Shown piece by piece: positions 1 to 9,170 of a stretch of DNA of 22,022 bases (positions within the stretch are counted from its first letter, which is position 1; each line of letters opens with the position of its first letter). The translations under genes were made by a program, and so were the position numbers. The stretch is taken from positions 1-22,022 of the IMG/VR virus record IMGVR_UViG_3300045988_001472; one strand, given 5' to 3'. Below the pieces are notes generated by a model, which saw only the letters and a program-made list of their open reading frames with translations, did not search any database and was not told where the DNA came from. This DNA comes from a virus.

Positions 1-1170
1 GGCTTCAAAGTGCCAATTGTGGCAACGCCAGACGGCGAGATTATCAATGGACATACGCGCTGGAAAGCCGCTAAAAAACTAAAATTAAAGACTGTTCCAG
101 TAATTATTGCGGATGATTTAACAGAAGAACAGGTCAGAGCGTTCAGACTAGCTGACAACAAAGTCGCAGAAATAGCTCAATGGGATATTGAACTGTTATT
201 GAGTGAAATCGAGAGCGTCGACAATCTTGACATGACACTTTTTGGATTCACGGACAGCGATTATACATTGGATGATTTTGAAGACGAAGAAACCGGCACC
301 GATATTTCAGAAGATGAAATCGAAAGCGAAGGCGATTCGGTTTCATCAGTAGAGTACGGGGATATTTACCAACTAGGACGACATCGCTTGATGTGTGGGG
401 ACAGTACATCAGCAGGGGATATGAAGGAGCTTGTCAACGGCGAAAAGATAGACCTCTACGTTACTGACCCACCGTATAATGTCGCTTACGAGGGTAAAAC
501 CGAAGAAGCTATGACAATCCAGAACGACAGCATGGATGACGCAAGCTTTCGCAAATTCCTGAGAGATGCATTCGAGGTAGCTGATCAACACCTAAAACCG
601 GGCGGAGCGTTCTATATATGGCACGCAGATAGTGAAGGGTTAAATTTCAGAGCAGCCGTTAAGGAGACAGGGTGGTTGCTGAAACAGAACCTTGTCTGGG
701 TTAAGAACAGCATTGTTTTAGGTCGCCAAGACTATCAATGGAAACATGAACCGTGTCTCTACGGGTGGAAAGATGGCGCTTCACATTACTTTATTGATAA
801 CCGCTCGTTAGCTACAGTCATCGAAGAAGATGAAGAAAACCTGAAAGAAATGACTAAAGGGGAGCTTATTTCTTATATCAAGACGATGCAAGAAAACAGT
901 CCCGCTAGTATATTCTACGAGGATAAACCTGTTAGAAGTGATATCCATCCGACCATGAAACCATTGAAATTGATTGCTAGGTGTGTCCTTAATTCTAGTA
1001 AAAAAGGCGAGCGCGTGCTGGATAGTTTCAATGGCGGGGGTTCCACTTTGATGGTTTGCGAGAAGACGGAACGTATTTATTACGGGATGGAACTTGACCC
1101 GGTATATGTCGAGCGCACAATTAAACGATGGGAAGAAGAAACCGGACTGAAAGCTGAAAAAATAAACTAA
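1..1170 (+). CDS. ParB-like nuclease domain fused to an N6-adenine/N4-cytosine DNA methyltransferase (beta-class). It is 5'-truncated by the window edge.
   Basis: The reading frame is open from base 1, so the GTG at 10 is only the ORF-track start. The N-terminus (GHTRWKAAKKL...VPVII...RAFRLADNK) looks like the end of a ParB/Srx domain. Motif IV is DPPY (LYVTDPPYNV). Motif I FxGxG (DSFNGGGST) lies near the C-terminus, the beta-class permutation of the PF01555-type family. Confidence 0.85.
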   Translation, partial: GFKVPIVATPDGEIINGHTRWKAAKKLKLKTVPVIIADDLTEEQVRAFRLADNKVAEIAQWDIELLLSEIESVDNLDMTLFGFTDSDYTLDDFEDEETGTDISEDEIESEGDSVSSVEYGDIYQLGRHRLMCGDSTSAGDMKELVNGEKIDLYVTDPPYNVAYEGKTEEAMTIQNDSMDDASFRKFLRDAFEVADQHLKPGGAFYIWHADSEGLNFRAAVKETGWLLKQNLVWVKNSIVLGRQDYQWKHEPCLYGWKDGASHYFIDNRSLATVIEEDEENLKEMTKGELISYIKTMQENSPASIFYEDKPVRSDIHPTMKPLKLIARCVLNSSKKGERVLDSFNGGGSTLMVCEKTERIYYGMELDPVYVERTIKRWEEETGLKAEKIN

Positions 1171-1188
1171 ACGATAGGAAGTGAGGCG

Positions 1189-1620
1189 ATGGCGAATGAA
1201 CAAAACCTAAGGGTCCCAAGCTCGGAGGAAGCGCGAGAATTAGGAAGAAAAGGCGGCATAGCTTCAGGCAAGGCTAGACGTAGAAAAGCGGACCTAAAAA
1301 GGGCATTTAACACTATTCTAAAAGCCGACGTAGCGAACGAAAACATATCAAAGCAACTTGAAGCGCTCGGTTTCGAAGCTACGAATGAAATGGCGTTAGC
1401 TATGGTAATGATGCAAAAAGCCATGAAGGGTAACGTCAAGGCGTTTGAACAAATCGCTAGACTGGTCGCCATTGATACCAAGGACAGCTTGGATCGCAAA
1501 GAACAGCGTGAGCGCATTATATCTATCCAACTTGAAAACGATAAAAAACGCAGCGTTATTTCAGGCGATAAAACAAGACAAGATTTCAGTATCTCGGTAG
1601 GTGAATGGGATGACGATTAA
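1189..1620 (+). CDS. terS: Terminase small subunit
   Basis: A 143-aa ORF with a GAGG RBS 5 nt upstream, immediately preceding and overlapping terL. It has a basic N-terminal motif (GRKGGIASGKARRRK) typical of small terminases of Gram-positive phages. The call rests on position plus motif only. Confidence 0.7.
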   Translation: MANEQNLRVPSSEEARELGRKGGIASGKARRRKADLKRAFNTILKADVANENISKQLEALGFEATNEMALAMVMMQKAMKGNVKAFEQIARLVAIDTKDSLDRKEQRERIISIQLENDKKRSVISGDKTRQDFSISVGEWDDD

Positions 1621-2875
1621 TCTTGAAATCAATCCAAGTAGGGTGTTTAATCGGCATATCTATGAACATTTGTTTGATTATGACACGTTTACTGAGGTCC
1701 ATTACGGCGGAGCGTCTAGCGGTAAGAGCCACGGAGTCTTCCAGAAGATAGTCCTCAAAGCCTTAAAGAGTTGGGACAAGCCTCGCAAAATATTGATATT
1801 GCGAAAAGTAGGCTCTACGGTTCGTGATTCGGTGTTTGCGGACGTGCAAGCAGCCTTGTCTTATTTCGGCGTGCTTAATCTATGCAAGGTTAACATGAGC
1901 GCATTTCGTATTGAATTACCAAACGGAGCCGAACTGATTTTTAAAGGGATGGATAACCCAGAGAAAATCAAGTCTATCAAAGGCATTTCAGACGTTGTGA
2001 TGGAAGAAGCGTCAGAGTTTACGCTTGATGATTACACACAGCTAACACTTCGCTTGAGGGACAAGGCTCACAAACAAAAACAAATCTATTTGATGTTCAA
2101 CCCAGTGTCTAAGGCCAACTGGGTATATAACGCATTCTTTGTGAAGAGCCCTAAGAATACAGTGGTTTATCAAACGACGTACAAGGATAATCGCTTTCTG
2201 GATGACTTGACCAAGGAGAATATCGAGGAGCTAGCCAACCGAAACGAAGCCTACTACAAAATCTATGCTTTGGGTGAGTTTGCCACCCTCGATAAGTTAG
2301 TATTTCCAAAATATGAAAAGAGATTACTCAATAAGGACGAGCTTAAGCGGCTACCGTCCTTTTTTGGTCTTGACTTTGGTTTTACAAACGACCCCACGGC
2401 GTTTATGCACGTCAAAATAGACCGAGAGAATAAGCGGCTATACATCCTAGAGGAGTATGTCAAAAAGGGCTTGCTTAACAACCAGATAGCAGAAGCTATT
2501 ACGAGCCTTGGCTATTCAAAAGAGGTGATTATGGCTGACTCAGCAGAACAGAAATCCATTGCTGAATTGCAAACACTGGGCTTGCGTCGAGCTATTCCAG
2601 TAGACAAGGGAAAAGGTTCGGTTCTACAAGGGATTCAGTTCTTGCAGCAGTTCGACATCATCGTTGACGAAAGATGTGTCAAGACGATTGAGGAGCTTGA
2701 AAACTATACATGGCAAAAAGATAAGCATACAAACGAGTACATCAACAAGCCGTGTGATTCTTACAACCACTGCATAGATGCTATTAGATACGCACTGCAA
2801 AATCTTATCTTTGTTAAAGATAGACAAGATGTGGATGCTAAAATCAGACGGGTCAACAAACTGATAAGGAGATAG
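1610..2875 (+). CDS. terL: Terminase large subunit (PBSX/Terminase_3-like, headful type)
   Basis: Walker A motif GGASSGKS is present, with an acidic Walker B-like VVMEEASE and a C-terminal nuclease region with conserved Asp residues. The ORF track starts at GTG 1601. The ATG at 1610 has a better AGGTGA RBS 6 nt upstream. It overlaps the terS stop. Confidence 0.9.
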   Translation: MTINLEINPSRVFNRHIYEHLFDYDTFTEVHYGGASSGKSHGVFQKIVLKALKSWDKPRKILILRKVGSTVRDSVFADVQAALSYFGVLNLCKVNMSAFRIELPNGAELIFKGMDNPEKIKSIKGISDVVMEEASEFTLDDYTQLTLRLRDKAHKQKQIYLMFNPVSKANWVYNAFFVKSPKNTVVYQTTYKDNRFLDDLTKENIEELANRNEAYYKIYALGEFATLDKLVFPKYEKRLLNKDELKRLPSFFGLDFGFTNDPTAFMHVKIDRENKRLYILEEYVKKGLLNNQIAEAITSLGYSKEVIMADSAEQKSIAELQTLGLRRAIPVDKGKGSVLQGIQFLQQFDIIVDERCVKTIEELENYTWQKDKHTNEYINKPCDSYNHCIDAIRYALQNLIFVKDRQDVDAKIRRVNKLIRR

Positions 2876-2876
2876 A

Positions 2877-4376
2877 ATGACGAACACAACACATAGTGCT
2901 GACGACATTTTACATGAAGGACAGTACATTCCTAGATCATACCAATTCGAGCGAGACATGGAACCGACTAGCTTGCAGAAACGTGAAGACTTCCTTCATT
3001 TTCCCAAAGAAGCTAACACCCACTTCATGGCTCAATCAGCGGATGACCTAGTGGACACGTTTCAAGGGCGAGAGAAGTTAGAGAAGATGGTGGCTCAGTT
3101 TCAAGACGAGCAGGTAGACCGCTTGAATATCCTAGAGAGCTACTCAAACGGGAACAATTACACGATTCTAAATGGGCGCAAACGACTAGAGTCAGAGAAA
3201 GCTGATTATCGCATTAGGCATGATCTGGGCGGACAAGCTAGCCGCTTCTTCACTGGTTACACAGTGGGGCAGCCTATTTCAATTGGTGCCACTGACACTG
3301 ACAGCGATTTGACGGCTATTGATGATTTCAATGCTTACAACGACATTGAAGCCCTTAACCGTGAGTTAGTCTATGATGCTTCACGCTTTGGGCGAGCGTT
3401 TGAACTGCATTATTATGACGAGTTTGGCAATCCCGCAGTAGTCTTGATTGACGCAAGGGAGATGTTCACAATTCGCAGTGCAGACGTCCGAAAGGATATC
3501 ATTGCGGCTGTCCATTGTCCAGTGTACAACGGTGAGATGTTTGTCACGGTATACACCGACAACAAAATTGTCAGTTATGATCCAAACTGGCAGGAAATCG
3601 AACGAAAAGAAAATCCGTTTGGAATGGTGCCAGTGGTTGAATGGCAGAATAACCGAGAGCGTTCTGGTGACTGGGAAAAAGGTATTCCAATCATCGACGC
3701 TTATGACGCAGCAGAGTCGGACACAGCTAACTATATGTCAGACCTTAACGATGCTATGCTTGTCATCAAGGGTGATGTCGAAAGTACTGGTATGAATGCG
3801 TCTGACATCATGAAAATGAAACACGCTAACATGTTAGTGCTTGAGAGTGGAGTTGGACACAACGGACAACAAACGTCCTTAGATGCCGGCTATATCTACA
3901 AACAATACGATGTGAGCGGTGTTGAAGCGTACAAGTCGCGCTTGATTAAAGACTTCTTCCGCATTGTTGGATTGCCTAACTTGCAAGACGATTCGACATT
4001 CTCAGCTACGTCTGGGATCGCTATCCGCTACAAGCTAGTTGATTTGCAGCAAGTTACAGCCGTTAAGCGTGGGTTCTTTGTCAAGGCGCTCAGACGACGC
4101 TATAAGCTGCTTGAGTTGCTATCTAACAATCTCAAAGGTATCGAACCAGTGGATGCTGACATGCTGACATTTACGTTCCATGAGAACCTACCAACGGATG
4201 TATGGGCTGAGATTCAATCTGCTATCAATTCGGGTATGGAAATCTCACAAGAGACGCTTATGGAATCAGCTAGCTTCACAGACGCTCGCAAAGAAAAGAG
4301 CCGTTTGCTCAAAGAAGGCGGGGCTACTGATCTAGAAGTTAGCCAGATTGTAGGTGTTGAGGATGATGACGAATAA
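2877..4376 (+). CDS. Portal protein (SPP1 gp6-like)
   Basis: A 499-aa ORF directly after terL (AAGGAG RBS) with an acidic C-terminal tail. Its size and position are typical of SPP1-type portals. Confidence 0.85.
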   Translation: MTNTTHSADDILHEGQYIPRSYQFERDMEPTSLQKREDFLHFPKEANTHFMAQSADDLVDTFQGREKLEKMVAQFQDEQVDRLNILESYSNGNNYTILNGRKRLESEKADYRIRHDLGGQASRFFTGYTVGQPISIGATDTDSDLTAIDDFNAYNDIEALNRELVYDASRFGRAFELHYYDEFGNPAVVLIDAREMFTIRSADVRKDIIAAVHCPVYNGEMFVTVYTDNKIVSYDPNWQEIERKENPFGMVPVVEWQNNRERSGDWEKGIPIIDAYDAAESDTANYMSDLNDAMLVIKGDVESTGMNASDIMKMKHANMLVLESGVGHNGQQTSLDAGYIYKQYDVSGVEAYKSRLIKDFFRIVGLPNLQDDSTFSATSGIAIRYKLVDLQQVTAVKRGFFVKALRRRYKLLELLSNNLKGIEPVDADMLTFTFHENLPTDVWAEIQSAINSGMEISQETLMESASFTDARKEKSRLLKEGGATDLEVSQIVGVEDDDE

Positions 4377-5319
4377 TGAACGCTACAATGCTGAACGAAA
4401 AGCACAATCAGACCTAATTAAGCGCGACATAGAGCGTGACAAGGTCTTAAAAGAGCTCTATCAAGCGTCATATAACCGTATGCAAAGCCAAATAAACGGG
4501 TTTTACATGCGATATGCTGACAAAGAGGGGCTAAGCCGTGCTGAAGCGATGAAACGAGCTAGTGAGTTCGATGTTACTGAGTACAGAGACCGAGCTAGAA
4601 AGGCAGTAGTCGAGAAGGACTTCTCACACGGCACTAATCAATGGCTAAGACTGTTTAACTTAAAAATGAAAGTCAGTCGGTTGGAGCTACTCAAAGCAGA
4701 ATTAAGGCTTGAGATAGCTAGTCTTATATCAGACGTTAACGAAGTCTTCGATAAAGCGCGTGAGAGTGAATATTTAGCTGAATTTAAGCGCCAAGCAGGT
4801 ATTTTGGGCAATTCTGCTGTCAATGCGGTAAGTCGTATGAGAGCAATTTTAGACGCTGATTTCTACGGTCAGAATTTTAGTCGTAGAGTTTGGGGCAGGA
4901 ACGGACTTCATGCAAACATGCAGAAGGATGTGTTTAGCTCGTTAGCGCGGATCTTCACCGACATGGACGGTTTTAAGCAGGAACGGCAGCGATTAGCTAA
5001 AAAATATAACACAAGCCAAGCCAACGCCCAACGGCTACTCAAGACCGAAATAGCTCGCATTAATGCCGATACAGAGTTGATGATGTTGAAAGAGAATGAC
5101 TTCACACATTTGATCTATGTTGCCGAAAGCGGGGCTTGCGATATCTGTAAGCCTTTGGATAGAAAAGCCATACCGATTAATAAGGCAGAGAAAGGGGTTA
5201 ACATGTACCCAATGCACCCCAACTGTCGCTGTTCAGCGTATGGACATATCAAAATGGAATACAAAGCCGGTGGCAGCACTCTTGATGAAGAAGCTGTTAA
5301 CGGTGTTTGGGGCGAGTAA
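4363..5319 (+). CDS. Head morphogenesis / minor capsid protein (SPP1 gp7 / Mu F-like)
   Basis: It follows and overlaps the portal. The C-terminal signature CDICKPLD...MYPMHPNCRC is characteristic of the Phage_Mu_F/gp7 family. The ORF track starts at GTG 4354. The ATG at 4363 has an AGGTG RBS 6 nt upstream. Confidence 0.8.
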   Translation: MMTNNERYNAERKAQSDLIKRDIERDKVLKELYQASYNRMQSQINGFYMRYADKEGLSRAEAMKRASEFDVTEYRDRARKAVVEKDFSHGTNQWLRLFNLKMKVSRLELLKAELRLEIASLISDVNEVFDKARESEYLAEFKRQAGILGNSAVNAVSRMRAILDADFYGQNFSRRVWGRNGLHANMQKDVFSSLARIFTDMDGFKQERQRLAKKYNTSQANAQRLLKTEIARINADTELMMLKENDFTHLIYVAESGACDICKPLDRKAIPINKAEKGVNMYPMHPNCRCSAYGHIKMEYKAGGSTLDEEAVNGVWGE

Positions 5320-5406
5320 GCCTTTGTCCAGACCGTGCTGATGACATTTAAAAGCTGCATGAGTTCGTCGAGGTTGGACGTAAAAGCGTAAAGAAAGGAG
5401 CCTATC

Positions 5407-5958
5407 ATGGCAGAAAAAGAACTTGAAACAGTTGAGAATCCTCAAGAGGTTGAAGCTAGCCAACCAGAAAAAGAGGAGAAGATGGTGTCAGTTGCTGAAA
5501 TGCAGCGTAGACTCAAACAGATGGAAGAGAAACATACTCTTGAAATTGCTGATATGCAAACCGGTATTCAAGCAAAAATCGAGGAAGCTGTTGCTAAAGC
5601 TAAAATGAGTGAAGAAGAACTTCAAGAGCTGCAACAGAAACAGCGGGATAAAGAATTCGAAGAAGCCCAGAGCACAATTGCAGCACTTCAAGCTCAGATC
5701 GTTCAACGTCAAATGCAGGATATCGCTATTAAAGAGCTCGAAGCTCAAGGCGTGCCTGTCAATGAGTCAACGCTTGCATTCGTAGTCAAAGGCGATGAAG
5801 AAGCTACTAAGCTAGCTGTTTCAAACATGGCTAACATCCTAAACTTGCAGAAACGAGAAGAAGCTAAAGCTCTACCACCTCGCACTAGTGGTGGAGAGGA
5901 AGGGCGTTCTCACCGTGGAAAAGACAAGTTTGATAAAGCCAAAATCACTAATTTCTAA
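5407..5958 (+). CDS. Scaffolding protein
   Basis: A 183-aa, highly charged, Glu/Gln/Ala-rich predicted coiled coil immediately upstream of the major capsid gene, with a strong AAAGGAG RBS. Confidence 0.7.
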   Translation: MAEKELETVENPQEVEASQPEKEEKMVSVAEMQRRLKQMEEKHTLEIADMQTGIQAKIEEAVAKAKMSEEELQELQQKQRDKEFEEAQSTIAALQAQIVQRQMQDIAIKELEAQGVPVNESTLAFVVKGDEEATKLAVSNMANILNLQKREEAKALPPRTSGGEEGRSHRGKDKFDKAKITNF

Positions 5959-5976
5959 ACTAAGAAAGGAGAGCGC

Positions 5977-6909
5977 ATGGCTCAACAAAAATTCAATCCG
6001 GACACAGTCCTCTTGTCTGATTCTCTTGGAAAAGAGATTACATCAGAATACATCACTGATCTATTCACTGACGAACTTGTAAAAACTTCAAAAGTCATTC
6101 AGCTTGGTCAAAAAGTTGAAATGAACGGTAAAATGGTTCGTAAAGGCGTAGAAGTTGGTCAATTGACAGACGCTTACTTTGTTGGTGAAGGTCAAAAAAT
6201 CGGTACTGCAAAAGTACAAACTAAATCTTACGTTCTTGAATCTCGTAAATTGGCAGTTATCTTGCCAGTTACAGAAGAAGTCCTCAACTACACTTGGACT
6301 AACTTCTTTGAATCGATCAAAGACAAGATTGTTGACTTGTTCAACAAGAAAATCGACGGGGCGGCGTTCCTTGGCTTGTATAACAACCCATTCGGCGCTA
6401 ACGTTTTGGCGTCTGCTAAACGTGCTCAGAACATCGTATCTGGTGACATCAACCTCAATAATATCTACGATGTTGAGGACAAGTCAGAAAAAGAACCTAA
6501 CGCATTCGTGGGGCACCGCACAATCAACCGCACACTCCGTGGAATCGTGGACAGCGTGAACGGTGGTCAACACATCTTCACTAAGCCAGCTAACCCTAAC
6601 GCAATCGGTGAGCTTGATGGTCTTCCATATTCTCAACTTCAATTGCAAGACGGGCAAACTTACCCAGCAGGTACATTGATTACTGGTAACTTCAACGGCT
6701 TGGTGTACGGTATTCCAAACGGCACTAACTTGCGCCTTAAAATCGCAGACCAAGCTACTTTGTCTAAAGTTCAAAACGATGGCACACTTGATTCTGGTGA
6801 CGTTCACTTGTTTGAACAAGACATGCAAGCACTCCGTGCAATCTTTGAAATCGCCGTAGCGATTCCAAACGATGAAGCATTTGCGGCTATCCAACCAGTA
6901 GGAGTATAG
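5977..6909 (+). CDS. Major capsid protein
   Basis: A 310-aa ORF after the scaffold with an AAAGGAG RBS. Codon usage is strongly biased (ggt/gct/aaa/gaa rich), consistent with very high expression. Its position is that of SPP1 gp13-like capsid genes. Confidence 0.8.
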   Translation: MAQQKFNPDTVLLSDSLGKEITSEYITDLFTDELVKTSKVIQLGQKVEMNGKMVRKGVEVGQLTDAYFVGEGQKIGTAKVQTKSYVLESRKLAVILPVTEEVLNYTWTNFFESIKDKIVDLFNKKIDGAAFLGLYNNPFGANVLASAKRAQNIVSGDINLNNIYDVEDKSEKEPNAFVGHRTINRTLRGIVDSVNGGQHIFTKPANPNAIGELDGLPYSQLQLQDGQTYPAGTLITGNFNGLVYGIPNGTNLRLKIADQATLSKVQNDGTLDSGDVHLFEQDMQALRAIFEIAVAIPNDEAFAAIQPVGV

Positions 6910-6922
6910 TCAGGAGGTTTAA

Positions 6923-7195
6923 ATGACCTATAAAGCTAAGATTACATTCCGTGACTTGCAAGATAACGAGTATATCTATCAAGTCGGGGAAACTTACCCA
7001 CGAGAAGGCTATGAGCCTACTAAAGAGCGCGTGGCAGAGGTTCTTGAAAAAGGTGGTATCGAACCAGTCGAGCCGTCAAAAGAGCTTACAGTCAAAGAGC
7101 TCAAAGCAAAACTTGATGAAGCTGGCATCGAGTATGATGCCAAAGCGAAAAAAGCAGATTTAGAAGAACTTCTAAAGGCTGCGGAGGAGGTCTAA
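6923..7195 (+). CDS. Small head-associated protein with a C-terminal HeH/SAP-like motif
   Basis: A 90-aa ORF with an AGGAGG RBS. The C-terminal LTVKELKAKLDEAGIEYDAKAKKADLEELL matches the helix-extended-helix (Rho-N/SAP-like) pattern common in small ORFs next to capsid genes. Confidence 0.5.
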   Translation: MTYKAKITFRDLQDNEYIYQVGETYPREGYEPTKERVAEVLEKGGIEPVEPSKELTVKELKAKLDEAGIEYDAKAKKADLEELLKAAEEV

Positions 7196-7196
7196 A

Positions 7197-7544
7197 ATGA
7201 ACGATATCCAACTTGAGAAGATTAAGCGTCGGTTGGGTATCGACGTTGAAGACAAACTTGAGGATAAATTGATTGAAGACTTAGTCAACGACGCTGAGAG
7301 CTATTTCAAAGCACTAGTTGGAACAGCCGAGATTGACAAGAAATATCACTTCATCATCGAAAATGTTGTTTACAAGCTCTATGGTCGTAAGGGCTCAGAG
7401 GGTGTTAAAATCGAGAACGTAGACGGCTATTCAGTCACTTACGAAGACTGGGACGACATGTTCAAACCTTACAGAAAGATTTTGGATAAAGATTTCGGTC
7501 TGGACGGTTCACTAGCTCGAAAAGGTAAGGTGAGGTTCCTATGA
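7197..7544 (+). CDS. Head-tail connector protein (gp6-like / DNA-packaging QLRG-type)
   Basis: A 115-aa ORF. The call rests on position and the N-terminal pattern LEKIKRRLGID...EDLVNDAESYF. It is coupled to the next gene by an ATGA overlap. Confidence 0.6.
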   Translation: MNDIQLEKIKRRLGIDVEDKLEDKLIEDLVNDAESYFKALVGTAEIDKKYHFIIENVVYKLYGRKGSEGVKIENVDGYSVTYEDWDDMFKPYRKILDKDFGLDGSLARKGKVRFL

Positions 7545-7849
7545 AAACACCACACCGCATCAAGCTAGTGAAGCAGGGCGCTTCGACTTACAACCCGATT
7601 ACTGATAAGCACGAAGAAAAGGCACAGTCTAGTAAGATTGTGCCTTGTTTGGTTAACTTCATTGACCAACAGCGTGTATTTGAAGCCTACGGGAGTAGGT
7701 CAGACGTGGTCATGATATGCCGATTCAGCCAAGAGCAGAAGCCATTTGACTACGCTCTTTATGAGGGCAAGAAGTATTACCCTATCGAACAGATTGACGC
7801 ACCGATTAAGGGCGCAATCCGATTGAAACGAGGTGAGTTGAATGGCTAA
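7541..7849 (+). CDS. Head closure / head-tail adaptor protein
   Basis: A 102-aa ORF overlapping both neighbours. The call rests on size and position in the conserved siphovirus connector block. Confidence 0.5.
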   Translation: MKTPHRIKLVKQGASTYNPITDKHEEKAQSSKIVPCLVNFIDQQRVFEAYGSRSDVVMICRFSQEQKPFDYALYEGKKYYPIEQIDAPIKGAIRLKRGELNG

Positions 7850-8195
7850 CTTTTCAATTGAATGGCGTGGGGATTTGGAGCTTGCTGCCGCATTAGGAAA
7901 TGCAAGCCAAAAAATAAAAACCCAAGCTAACAATGTCCTAAAAAATGCTGGAGAAAAAGGCACTAACATCGCTCAACGTAAAGCTCCGGTAGATACCGGT
8001 TTTTTGAAAAGCGAAATCACCGGACTGCCAAAGGGTGATGAGTATCACATCCATTCAGCGGCATCTTATAGCGGCTATCAAGAATATGGGACACGTTATC
8101 AGCCGGGGACGCCATTCATGCGCCCCATGATGACAGAAATCGAGCCTTACTTCACAGACCAAATCAGAAAAGTAATGGAAGGAGCCTTTAAATGA
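7842..8195 (+). CDS. HK97 gp10-family tail-component protein
   Basis: A 117-aa ORF carrying the motifs APVDTGFLKSEI and YSGYQEYGT, typical of the HK97 gp10 family. Confidence 0.65.
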   Translation: MANFSIEWRGDLELAAALGNASQKIKTQANNVLKNAGEKGTNIAQRKAPVDTGFLKSEITGLPKGDEYHIHSAASYSGYQEYGTRYQPGTPFMRPMMTEIEPYFTDQIRKVMEGAFK

Positions 8196-8572
8196 CACCT
8201 AACCACGACTTATTCAGAAATCTATTTGCTATTGCTAGTGAGACGCTAGCAACTTACGACTACTTACCCGATTCATCCGCAAGCTATCCTTTCGCTTACA
8301 TCGGTGAGAATAGCTCAGCGCCTACACTCAATAACGACAATTTTGGAACGATAAGACAAACCGTCCATATCTACGGGACTAGAGTGCAGCGTGCAGAGCT
8401 AGACGCTCACTGCCAAGAGTTAGAACAAGCTAGCGAACGAATTAAAGGGTTTGAATACAACTTATTAAAAACTGGTACAGACAAGCAAGTCTTACCGGAT
8501 AATACAGACGTCCAGCCATTGATCCACATTGTGCTGGATTTTTCATTTTCATATACCAAAAAGGAGGAATAA
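8192..8572 (+). CDS. Tail terminator / tail completion protein (positional call)
   Basis: A 126-aa ORF between the gp10-like gene and the major tail gene, with an ATGA overlap upstream. Confidence 0.45.
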   Translation: MTPNHDLFRNLFAIASETLATYDYLPDSSASYPFAYIGENSSAPTLNNDNFGTIRQTVHIYGTRVQRAELDAHCQELEQASERIKGFEYNLLKTGTDKQVLPDNTDVQPLIHIVLDFSFSYTKKEE

Positions 8573-9115
8573 ATGGCAGAACTTATTTTGGGTAAAGACC
8601 TAATGGTCTTCTTCCGTCGTGTCAAAGACCAAAAGACACAAGATGCTGCTAAAGTACGTTTCCAAACAGAACACACTATCAACGCTGAGAAAGAGGTCGA
8701 AACTACCAAAACTAAAGACGGTGTGGTTAACTCAATTTCAGACGGTGAAGTGTCTGGGGAATTCGTATCACTTGCATATCGTGAAGATGGCACTACTACG
8801 GAAATGTGGCGTGAAATGCGTAAATGGTTCATCGCAGGTGACAAAGTAGAGTGCTGGCAAGTTGACCTTGCTTCTAAACGTGCGTCTGGTGGAAAAGATG
8901 TCTATGACGTTGAATATTACCAAGGCTATCTTAAAAACTTTGAAATTTCAGCACCAGCTGACGACAAAGTGGAGCTTTCTTACGAAATGGCTATCGACGG
9001 CAACGGTATTATTTCAACTGACAGCTTGACAGAAGCTCAGAAGAAAGCAGTTGCAAGCGCTCAGTACGACTATCACACCCTTGCTAAAGAAGACGGCCTA
9101 ACGGCATCTATCTAG
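8573..9115 (+). CDS. Major tail protein
   Basis: A 180-aa ORF with a strong AAGGAGG RBS and highly biased codon usage. It is followed by its own terminator and then the tail chaperone pair. Confidence 0.7.
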   Translation: MAELILGKDLMVFFRRVKDQKTQDAAKVRFQTEHTINAEKEVETTKTKDGVVNSISDGEVSGEFVSLAYREDGTTTEMWREMRKWFIAGDKVECWQVDLASKRASGGKDVYDVEYYQGYLKNFEISAPADDKVELSYEMAIDGNGIISTDSLTEAQKKAVASAQYDYHTLAKEDGLTASI

Positions 9116-9122
9116 TCTAATT

Positions 9123-9150
9123 GCAGGGGCTTTGTGCCCTTGCTTTTTTT
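9123..9150 (+). terminator. Intrinsic terminator or attenuator after the major tail gene
   Basis: Hairpin GCAGGGG-ctttgtg-CCCTTGC (one G.U pair) followed by a T7 run, 8 nt after the stop codon. Confidence 0.6.
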
Positions 9151-9170
9151 GTATAAAGGAGAAATAAAAC

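Noticed and set aside
5320-5406. An 87-bp gap between the gp7-like and scaffold genes with an imperfect long-range inverted repeat (GTCCAGACC ... GGTTGGAC).
   Set aside because: The stem is bulged and encloses a ~37-nt loop. There is no T tract and no promoter-like hexamers. The evidence is insufficient to call a regulatory element.
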